A stretch of DNA of 39,494 bases from a virus. Lineage: Duplodnaviria; Caudoviricetes. The notes beneath the pieces are model-generated. The model did no database searches, was not told the DNA's origin, and saw only the letters and a list, made by a program, of their open reading frames with translations. The stretch spans positions 1 to 39,494 of the IMG/VR virus record IMGVR_UViG_3300005805_000194; one strand, given 5' to 3'. Position numbers and translations under genes: made by a program. Below are positions 1 through 6,793 of this stretch, in pieces (position 1 is the first letter of the stretch; each line of letters starts with the position of its first letter).

Positions 1-406
1 GTACAGCACCTCGAGCCACATCAGCTACACCTTTGCCCGCAGCTTTAGCAGCACTAGCTACAGCACCTCCAGCAGCTTTAGCACCACCGATAATTTTTTG
101 ACCTGCGGCTTTTAATTGATCTCCGGCACTGGCAGTGTTTTTAATAGCTGTCTCGGCACCCTGCGTAGGAATACCTTTGGATTTTAAAAAGGCCAATACA
201 GTTGTTAGTTCAGCAGTACCACCGGTACGTCCTAGATAGCGTTGGAATTCTTTTTTAAGTTGGTTAGCATGGTCACCTGTTTCTAACTTGCCCTGCGCAG
301 TACCACTGCCTAGCTTAGACAATGCCTTGTTACCTAATTTAGATAACACTCCCATAGGCGCTTCTTGCACTTTTACTGATTCTACTAGTATGTCTGAGAT
401 TTTCAT
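1..406 (-). CDS. Putative internal head/prohead core protein, Ala/Gly/Lys-rich (3' end runs off the window)
   Basis: Not in the ORF track. Manual translation from ATG at 406 is open to the window edge: MKISDILVESVKVQEAPMGVLSKLGNKALSKLGSG...GGAKAAGGAVASAAKAAGKGVADVARGAV. The N-terminus resembles the T4 capsid-targeting sequence, and a TAAATA late motif lies upstream at 435-440. Confidence 0.7.
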   Translation of the reverse strand, partial: MKISDILVESVKVQEAPMGVLSKLGNKALSKLGSGTAQGKLETGDHANQLKKEFQRYLGRTGGTAELTTVLAFLKSKGIPTQGAETAIKNTASAGDQLKAAGQKIIGGAKAAGGAVASAAKAAGKGVADVARGAV

Positions 407-434
407 CGATCATTATTCCACTGTGTATAAGAGA

Positions 435-445
435 TATTTATTCTT
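435..445 (-). promoter_or_regulatory. Late (gp55-type) promoter AAGAATAAATA
   Basis: TAAATA core of the T4 late promoter TATAAATA, 28 nt upstream of ATG 406. The identical 11-mer occurs at 5331-5341 on +. Confidence 0.7.
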
Positions 446-457
446 AATTACCGCTTG

Positions 458-584
458 AACGAGCTAAAGCTCGTTTGCTTTTTCGCGCTTCGCGCTCAAA
501 GCACTTTTCTTTTTTCTTGAATTATCTAAGTTGTGAAAGATATGATATATTTGTGATGACAACTATAAATGCGAAGCATTTTAG
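458..584. other. Cluster of short hairpins including two GCGAAGC mini-hairpins, plus a T-rich tract
   Basis: AACGAGC-TAAA-GCTCGTT at 458-475; GCGC-GAA-GCGC on minus at 485-495, inside TGCTTT/AAAGCA arms; T-tract at about 505-518; AAATGC-GAA-GCATTT on plus at 567-581. Confidence 0.6.
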
Positions 585-650
585 CATTATCTAGATTATT
601 CAGTCACACTTAGCCCAGAGCGGGCTAAGATCTTGTACATTATCTGAGTT
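520..650 (-). repeat. Three dispersed 13-nt repeats AAYYYAGATAATK
   Basis: Minus strand: AACTCAGATAATG (650-638), AATCTAGATAATG (597-585), AACTTAGATAATT (532-520). Confidence 0.6.
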
Positions 651-940
651 ACACAGTACACAATAGCATTACAACATTACAGTGGCGGTCGTCCGGTACC
701 ACGAGTTGCGTCTTAATACGACGGCGGATTACTATACAGATGCTATCCCATATAATAACCGTAGGTTATTAACCTTCTTTTAGCCTTTGGAATTCTTTTT
801 AAACAGCAAAATCAGTTGTATCTAGGCATATCTGATCATGGTCCTGTTAAGGATACTTGCTGAGTGCTTGGTACAGCGCCAAGTCTTCCGTCCCTCTTAT
901 TATCGAGTTAGCGTGGGCACACGTTATTAACCTGTGCTAG
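600..940 (-). ncRNA. Putative large structured non-coding RNA, family unknown; boundaries approximate
   Basis: No ORF of 60 aa or more in the track. Stems at 917-937, 867-883, a three-way junction 804-862 (inner stems 811-836 and 842-853), 763-775, 725-761, 709-723, 682-702, 634-660 and 609-629. The 725-761 stem needs 4 G-U pairs that form only on the minus strand. Confidence 0.6.
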
Positions 941-942
941 TC

Positions 943-1392
943 TTATACTGTTTTGTTACTTGCCTGAAATTTCTTGATTATGTGAGAGCCATGTACACGA
1001 ACCTGTATGTGTCCGTTATACCAATCATTAGATTCTAGTACCTTACGTGCGAATTGCTCGCGAGCCTCTATGTATGAGCATTCTGCTTTGCTTTGACAGT
1101 AAAACAGTATCTCTCTTTTGAAATTATCTACGCCTAACAGTTCGACATCTTTGGTAAGTTCAGGACTGGAACCATAATATGTTTGCCAATCTGAATCAAC
1201 TTTGCTGCGAACCTTCTTTTTCTTTTTCGTGCCGTTTTTTAGTTTATGAACTTTATAGGTAGTACGTCTAAATTTTGCTAATTTTTTGCCTATGTACTTG
1301 CGGGTTGAGGTGAGATTAGTGATTATGTAAACAAAACCTACACAATCTTCAGGTAATTCTTCAACTAATTGATCTTCATAATACCACGACAT
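943..1392 (-). CDS. Stand-alone GIY-YIG (Seg-like) endonuclease-domain protein
   Basis: GFVYIITN...KYIGKK motif, then YYGSS, FKREIL, conserved E (YIEARE) and N (WYNGHI). The track start at 1395 is TTG; ATG at 1392, overlapping the upstream TGA (TGATG), is more likely. Confidence 0.85.
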   Translation of the reverse strand: MSWYYEDQLVEELPEDCVGFVYIITNLTSTRKYIGKKLAKFRRTTYKVHKLKNGTKKKKKVRSKVDSDWQTYYGSSPELTKDVELLGVDNFKREILFYCQSKAECSYIEAREQFARKVLESNDWYNGHIQVRVHGSHIIKKFQASNKTV

Positions 1393-1622
1393 CAACTAGT
1401 TATCTTTGGTGGTCTCCCCAATTTGCCTTTTCTGGCTAACTTTCTTGATTCTCGTTTTGCCTGTATTTCCATTCGCCTAGATGATGCTAGATTGCGTATT
1501 TCTGATAGCCAATACCGTGCCTTAATGCCTGCTTCATCTGAGCCTTTATATTCAAAACGTTCTTGCCATTTAAAATACTGCTGAAACGCTTCGATCATTT
1601 TATCATGTGATTCTGTGGTCAT
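1392..1622 (-). CDS. Small basic protein, Hc1 (histone H1-like) family-like DNA-binding protein
   Basis: FEYKGSDEAGIKARYWLSEIRNLASSRRMEIQ resembles the KG..AAG.RAR..L.E......RR.E pattern of Hc1-like proteins. Basic tail; translationally coupled on both sides. Confidence 0.6.
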   Translation of the reverse strand: MTTESHDKMIEAFQQYFKWQERFEYKGSDEAGIKARYWLSEIRNLASSRRMEIQAKRESRKLARKGKLGRPPKITS

Positions 1623-3397
1623 TCTACAATGTCGATATCGTTGGAATAACTAGTAAAGCCATTCTCTTTAATAACTTTTAACACGTGATTTACACGACTG
1701 GTCAAGTCATCTCTGTGTGAAATCAAGAATACATTCTTGTCACGCTCACGTGTCATGCGTTTTAATACCGCAATACTTGATTCAACACCACTGGCATCCA
1801 TGCCCGAATCTACTAATTCGTCAATGAACAGCAAGTTGATGCTATGATATAGATTCTCCCAAACATCACGGAATGCCCAACTCATAGATAATATCAATCT
1901 ATTACGTTCGCCTCGACTTAGATTATCAAAATCTAGGTCTTGTCCCAACTGTGTAATGATAACACTTAGATCATTTTGGAATTCAACAATGTGAGGTAAT
2001 CCAATCTTATCCAAGTAATATGTCAAACGCTGATTCAAGAATGCCAAGTTCTGGTCAATAATACGTTTACGTACAAATGAATCTTTGTTTGTTAGTAATT
2101 TGTATAAGAATTCTTGATGATCTTTAACACGCATCAATGCGTTTACATGATCCCAAGTGATTTCTTGTACTGCGCTGTTTTTTAAATCATTGATCTGTTC
2201 AAGATATGGATTAGTCTCTGCTTGTTTAGCAGCCAACTCTTTCTCAAGCCCTTCAACTGTACTACGATGATTTAATGCTTCTTCGAGCGTATCGTATATA
2301 GTCCTAGGAGCATCGCCTAAATCACCCAATATAACTTTGGCTTCTTTGAGTTCAACTAACTGTGTATTGGTCGTTAACCATTGAGCAGACGCTTCCTGCT
2401 TGGCAGTTTCTTTGACAGCCAAAACTTCTTCATGTTTACTGTCATGTAAGTCTTGTCCACAAGCATAACACTTGTGATCTTTGAGATCTGCGATTTCTTT
2501 TTCTAGTTTATCGATCTCTTTTTGTTCACGTGTCTGATCAAGATCAGCACGAGCAATGGCCTTGTCAACGTCTTGTATATCTTTTTTCTTAGTATTATAT
2601 TCCACCAACAACTTGTGTGCGGAAATTTCTTCATCTATATTGATATTGCTTAATCCCAAGATGCCACGTTTAAGTTCGTCAATGTTTTTCTCTTTGCTTT
2701 CATCCCAAAGTTGTTGCTTACGGATCAGCGAATCAATACTTTGTTGTATACGATCGTTACTGGCCTTAACAGTTTCAATGCGAGTATTTTCTGTTGATAT
2801 AGAATCTTTAGTTAAACGTAATTGTTCTTTGAGTGCTTCTGCTTTTTCACTAAGCAATGTAATACCTAATAACTGTTCAATGATTGAACGTTGATCATTA
2901 GGCTTTAATGCTAAGAATGGTTCTGTATAAGTGTTCAATGCCACAAGATGTTTAAACATCTCATGACTCATGCCGATCATTTCTTCAATGGCTTTTTGCG
3001 TTTCGCGGCTGTCACCTTGCGATTCATCAAGGTCTTCTAACTCTTGTTCTTGACCGTTGATACTAAACTTTAATAAGTTAGGTTTGCGCCCACGTTCAAT
3101 GTGATATTCAACACCATCCTTTTCAAAGGTCACAGTGACCAACATGGCCTTGCTGTTGATTTTGTTGATCAAATTGTCACGTTTGATATTAGTTAAAGCC
3201 TGGCCGTAGATAGCATAACTCAACCCGTTGATGATAGTAGTCTTACCTGTGCCGTTTCTAGCACCAGAATCGTCACCACCTAAGTCTAAGTTCTCACCTA
3301 AGACCAATGTTAGTTGACCTTTGTCAAAGTCAATGGCCTGGGTTTGATTACCCACGCTCATAAAATTACGTACAGTTAGATTCTTGATTTTTATCAT
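1619..3397 (-). CDS. gp46: Recombination endonuclease ATPase subunit (gp46, SbcC/Rad50-like)
   Basis: Walker A NGTGKTT, coiled coils with zinc hook CYAC, signature LSRGE, Walker B LLFIDE, D-loop, H-loop ISH. Adjacent to gp47. Confidence 0.95.
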   Translation of the reverse strand: MIKIKNLTVRNFMSVGNQTQAIDFDKGQLTLVLGENLDLGGDDSGARNGTGKTTIINGLSYAIYGQALTNIKRDNLINKINSKAMLVTVTFEKDGVEYHIERGRKPNLLKFSINGQEQELEDLDESQGDSRETQKAIEEMIGMSHEMFKHLVALNTYTEPFLALKPNDQRSIIEQLLGITLLSEKAEALKEQLRLTKDSISTENTRIETVKASNDRIQQSIDSLIRKQQLWDESKEKNIDELKRGILGLSNINIDEEISAHKLLVEYNTKKKDIQDVDKAIARADLDQTREQKEIDKLEKEIADLKDHKCYACGQDLHDSKHEEVLAVKETAKQEASAQWLTTNTQLVELKEAKVILGDLGDAPRTIYDTLEEALNHRSTVEGLEKELAAKQAETNPYLEQINDLKNSAVQEITWDHVNALMRVKDHQEFLYKLLTNKDSFVRKRIIDQNLAFLNQRLTYYLDKIGLPHIVEFQNDLSVIITQLGQDLDFDNLSRGERNRLILSMSWAFRDVWENLYHSINLLFIDELVDSGMDASGVESSIAVLKRMTRERDKNVFLISHRDDLTSRVNHVLKVIKENGFTSYSNDIDIVE

Positions 3398-4404
3398 AGA
3401 TTTTGATAGATATCCAATAGCATTGATTTGTCGTAGGTATCACTTTCGATTGCGTTGATCTGATTCATAACAATAGTGTCAACACTTTCAAAAGTAATAT
3501 CGATAGGAGTTGCTTGACTATCAACTTGTACCTTCTCTGGTATCAACATCAATTCACGCAGATCATATTGCGGCATGAACGTTTCTTTAATAAAGTTCGC
3601 TTCTTCAAAACTAATAGGCAGGTCAATAGTAACCCTAGCGTGCATCTTGGGTTTCAATAACCCTTCTGGATTATCAATGATCTGACTTAACTTGAATGTG
3701 CGATACACGGGTTGATCAGGCCAAGTATGATACTCTGGCTTACCACCCCATTCTAAAATCATCATGCCGCGATCATCATCACCTGCATCTGCATAGTTGT
3801 GAGGAAACGCATTACCAATATAAGTTACATTGCCTTTGCTTTGACGTTTATGGAAGTGACCACTAAACACGTACTCTTGGTTTACAAAGTGATCACCTTG
3901 TAGTTGTCCGTGATCTGGCATCTGTACCATAGCATTCATGTAGAATAATGGTAATTCTAAATGTCCAAACACATAGCGACTTTTGATCTTAGATACTTGT
4001 CGCCATTCTTCACCTACTAACCAAGGCATAATAGTTACATCGCCTTCTGTAAGTGTTTCTCTAATTGGCACAATATTTGGAAACAATCGCATAAACTCAA
4101 TTGAGTTGATTTCACGTTTGTCTTTGTAGAACAAATCGTGATTGCCTAAAATGAAGTATACTTTTTCAAAAGTTTCATTCAGCCGTTCTAGATTACTAAC
4201 AGTATAATTCATAGTACTAACGTCAGTAGTCGAACGATTGTGATGCCAATCGCCTAGAAAGATCGCGGTTTTACATCCATTGGCTTTGGCAGTTTCGCAA
4301 AACCATTTGACAAACTCTTCGCAATCATAATTGTGTACTCTACTTCCTGACTTTAATCCAAAGTGGATGTCAGTGAAACAGGCTACTTTTTTGAATAGAC
4401 TCAT
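3394..4404 (-). CDS. gp47: Recombination endonuclease nuclease subunit (gp47, SbcD/Mre11-like)
   Basis: Metallophosphoesterase motifs DIHFG, LGDWHHNR, GNHD, GHLEL, SGHFH. ATGA overlap with gp46. Confidence 0.95.
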   Translation of the reverse strand: MSLFKKVACFTDIHFGLKSGSRVHNYDCEEFVKWFCETAKANGCKTAIFLGDWHHNRSTTDVSTMNYTVSNLERLNETFEKVYFILGNHDLFYKDKREINSIEFMRLFPNIVPIRETLTEGDVTIMPWLVGEEWRQVSKIKSRYVFGHLELPLFYMNAMVQMPDHGQLQGDHFVNQEYVFSGHFHKRQSKGNVTYIGNAFPHNYADAGDDDRGMMILEWGGKPEYHTWPDQPVYRTFKLSQIIDNPEGLLKPKMHARVTIDLPISFEEANFIKETFMPQYDLRELMLIPEKVQVDSQATPIDITFESVDTIVMNQINAIESDTYDKSMLLDIYQNL

Positions 4405-4410
4405 AGTTTT

Positions 4411-4439
4411 ATTGTAATATCTCTTAAGTTAAAAATCAA
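4411..4439 (-). promoter_or_regulatory. Sigma70-type promoter for the gp47 operon, probably leaderless
   Basis: TTGATT (4439-4434), 17-nt spacer, TACAAT (4416-4411), then 6 nt to the ATG at 4404. Confidence 0.6.
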
Positions 4440-5287
4440 TCAAAGTCACCACCATCACCGGTTTTTGGTAAACCGACGGTGGGCCCTGTACCTGTACCTG
4501 AATTTTGACGAGTCCAACTAGGAGTCATACCATTCATTTCTAATATATCATCTCGGATATTTTGATTGCGTTTTTCAATATTGATAATTCTAACAAAACT
4601 GTTAGTAACTGCTGCGGTATAGTAAGCGAATGGGTTATCTGATTTTGATTCATCAAATTGTAACCCTATTTGTGTTAGTTGTAAAATAGCCTGTCCTTTC
4701 ATCTCATCATTGTATGTATATCCGCGAACGTTACCTCTGGTGGCATATCGATCACACAATTTTAAGAACATACGTGCTAGATTGTCGGTCATTTGACCAT
4801 GTTCTTTATTGAACTCACCTGTGTCTAAAGCACCTTTCCAGTGACTCTTGCCCACACAGAATAAGTTACCTTTGTCATCAAACTTCCAGTGTTGGAAAGG
4901 AGGAAAGTTAACTTTTTCGTGACTGTCAGCAGTATTTTTAAGAGTTTTCTTACGACCCGGTGCTAAAGGAACATGCTCAAAGGTCATAACACGGAAAATT
5001 AAGTCCTCTTTGTTCATCTTTTTATAGTCAATTTCAAAATCTTTAGCAGGTAACTTTTTACCACCCGCAATCATTGCAGCTTCGTGTGCTTCTTTTGATA
5101 GTCTAGCAGCACGATTTCTCTTGGCTTCTGCTATGGTTCTTACGTTAAGTTTTTCAAGGCTACTAACGATTAAATCGTAGTTTGAATATGCTTTGTCCAA
5201 AAAAGAACAGTAAGTATTTTTGCTTCTATGGATCTCTTTTAATAGATCTTTATTGGTGAGGTACTTTATTTTCGGTATTAGTGTCAT
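4436..5287 (-). CDS. gp55: Late transcription sigma factor (gp55-like), enlarged
   Basis: YLTNKDLLKEI N-terminus and GYTYNDEM...FDESKSDNPFAYYT...NSFVRIINIEKR core. AGGAG RBS; T4-like gene order 55-47-46. Confidence 0.88.
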   Translation of the reverse strand: MTLIPKIKYLTNKDLLKEIHRSKNTYCSFLDKAYSNYDLIVSSLEKLNVRTIAEAKRNRAARLSKEAHEAAMIAGGKKLPAKDFEIDYKKMNKEDLIFRVMTFEHVPLAPGRKKTLKNTADSHEKVNFPPFQHWKFDDKGNLFCVGKSHWKGALDTGEFNKEHGQMTDNLARMFLKLCDRYATRGNVRGYTYNDEMKGQAILQLTQIGLQFDESKSDNPFAYYTAAVTNSFVRIINIEKRNQNIRDDILEMNGMTPSWTRQNSGTGTGPTVGLPKTGDGGDFD

Positions 5288-5312
5288 TGATATGAGTCTC
5301 CTATTACTTAAT

Positions 5313-5321
5313 ATAATAGCA
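5313..5321 (-). promoter_or_regulatory. Possible extended -10 promoter (TGcTATTAT) for gp55
   Basis: TGnTATTAT on minus, about 10 nt upstream of the AGGAG RBS; no clear -35 element. Confidence 0.4.
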
Positions 5322-5330
5322 CATTTTTAC

Positions 5331-5341
5331 AAGAATAAATA
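5331..5341 (+). promoter_or_regulatory. Late promoter AAGAATAAATA for the baseplate operon
   Basis: TAAATA at 5336-5341, upstream of a GGAG RBS and ATG 5369. Confidence 0.75.
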
Positions 5342-5368
5342 GAGTATAACGGAGAAAAAACGCTCAAA

Positions 5369-6493
5369 ATGCCATTATCAATAAATCCATTAGCACAGTT
5401 AATTACACAGTCTTCTGAAGCTATATCTAGAGCTACTAACGAAGCAAATGCAGCATTACCTCAGATTGGTGATGCTATTTCTAAAGCCAATCTTGATGGG
5501 ACAATATCGAGATTAAGTGGGGGTATTGGTAGTACATTAAATGGATTAACAGGAACTCTTCCCTCAGTAGGCGGATTAAACATTTCTGGCGCTACAAATT
5601 TAGTAGCAGGTGCAGGCACAGCATTAGGTGGAATTGGTAATGTTGCTTCATCAACAGTGGGCGGCGCTATCAATAATTTACAGAGTTTAGCAGGGTCGAC
5701 CAGCAACATCACCGCAGATATATCAGGTACATTGAACAAATTAACAGGCGGAAATCTAGCGGGTGGGCTGCAAAGTCTAGCAGGAAATATTTCAAAATCT
5801 GCAGGCATACTTAATAATATTCTAAGTTTAAAACGTGGTGCTAATCTACCAGCAGGTGGAGAATTATTTGCCCAACGAGGACAAGCTATACAACTTCAAC
5901 CGGGTGCTAAAAACGATTGGCGTGTCCGCATAACTTGTCAATGGAACATTTTTAATAGCCCGTTGTTTAAATTGTTAGAAAATACAGGCGGCGTAGTTTG
6001 GCCCTATACTCCAAATGTCACAGTATCGACCAAAGCAGAATACAATCCAATAAGTCCTACACACAGCAATTATGCTTATCAAGCATATAAGAGCAGTGTA
6101 GTTGATGATATTACTATTTCAGGCGAGTTTACCTGTGAAACAGAAACTGATGCAGCTTATTGGATTGCTGCAACTACATTCTTTAAGACAGCGACTAAGA
6201 TGTTCTTTGGTCAAGGAGAAAATGCTGGAAATCCTCCTATAGTTTGTAATTTAACAGGCTATGGATCTAGTATATTTGATAAAGTTCCAGTGATTATTAA
6301 AACCTTTTCTGTAGATCTTAAAGAAGATATTAATTATGTAAAATGTAATACCTTTGGAACTAATACCTGGGTCCCAGTAGTAAGCACAATAACAGTAACA
6401 GTTACACCAGTATACAATAGAGCCAGAATGCGTAAATTTAGCCTCCAAGATTATTCAAGAGGCAAGGCTGCTAATGGAGTAGGATATATCTAA
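5369..6493 (+). CDS. Putative baseplate/tail-tube initiator (gp48/gp54-like) with Gly-rich N-terminal extension
   Basis: C-terminal beta-rich tube-like domain (GVVWPYTPNVTV...ITISGEFT...GNPPIVCNLTGYG...VPVIIKTFSV). Lies immediately before the gp53-like gene. Confidence 0.6.
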   Translation: MPLSINPLAQLITQSSEAISRATNEANAALPQIGDAISKANLDGTISRLSGGIGSTLNGLTGTLPSVGGLNISGATNLVAGAGTALGGIGNVASSTVGGAINNLQSLAGSTSNITADISGTLNKLTGGNLAGGLQSLAGNISKSAGILNNILSLKRGANLPAGGELFAQRGQAIQLQPGAKNDWRVRITCQWNIFNSPLFKLLENTGGVVWPYTPNVTVSTKAEYNPISPTHSNYAYQAYKSSVVDDITISGEFTCETETDAAYWIAATTFFKTATKMFFGQGENAGNPPIVCNLTGYGSSIFDKVPVIIKTFSVDLKEDINYVKCNTFGTNTWVPVVSTITVTVTPVYNRARMRKFSLQDYSRGKAANGVGYI

Positions 6494-6792
6494 TGGCAAC
6501 ATATACTAAATCAAGTCCTTGGCTTAATACACCAACAAACAATCTATATCTAGAACTTTTAGAAATTAGATCAGTGCCTGCTGAGGCAGATGATTTCCAA
6601 TATACCATTGAAAGTCATTACAAACACAGACCAGATTTACTTGCCTACGACCTATATGGTAATCCGAAATTATGGTGGGTATTTGTTCAAAGAAACATGA
6701 GCGTGATCAAAGATCCTATTTACGATTTCGAACCAGGGGTAACGATATATCTTCCTAAGAAGAGTAATCTACAGAAATTCTTAGGAGTCTAA
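6493..6792 (+). CDS. gp53: Baseplate wedge protein gp53-like (LysM-like fold)
   Basis: RPDLLAYDLYGNPKLWWVF...N...DP...G..IYLP motif; TAATG overlap with the previous gene. Confidence 0.85.
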   Translation: MATYTKSSPWLNTPTNNLYLELLEIRSVPAEADDFQYTIESHYKHRPDLLAYDLYGNPKLWWVFVQRNMSVIKDPIYDFEPGVTIYLPKKSNLQKFLGV

Positions 6793-6793
6793 A

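Noticed and set aside
520-650. CRISPR array
   Set aside because: Repeats are only 13 nt, degenerate and unevenly spaced; no cas genes in the window.
600-940. tRNA or tmRNA
   Set aside because: No cloverleaf and no T-arm (GTTCRA) with an acceptor CCA arrangement found on either strand.
450-1392. Group I intron carrying a GIY-YIG homing endonuclease
   Set aside because: No interrupted host gene: the flanking ORFs look complete, with their own stops and starts. I could not identify the P7 core. A covariance search is still advisable.
5287-5317. Plus-strand sigma70 promoter TTGATA-N19-TATAAT
   Set aside because: The 19-nt spacer is suboptimal, the context is AT-rich, and the downstream structural genes already have a late promoter.
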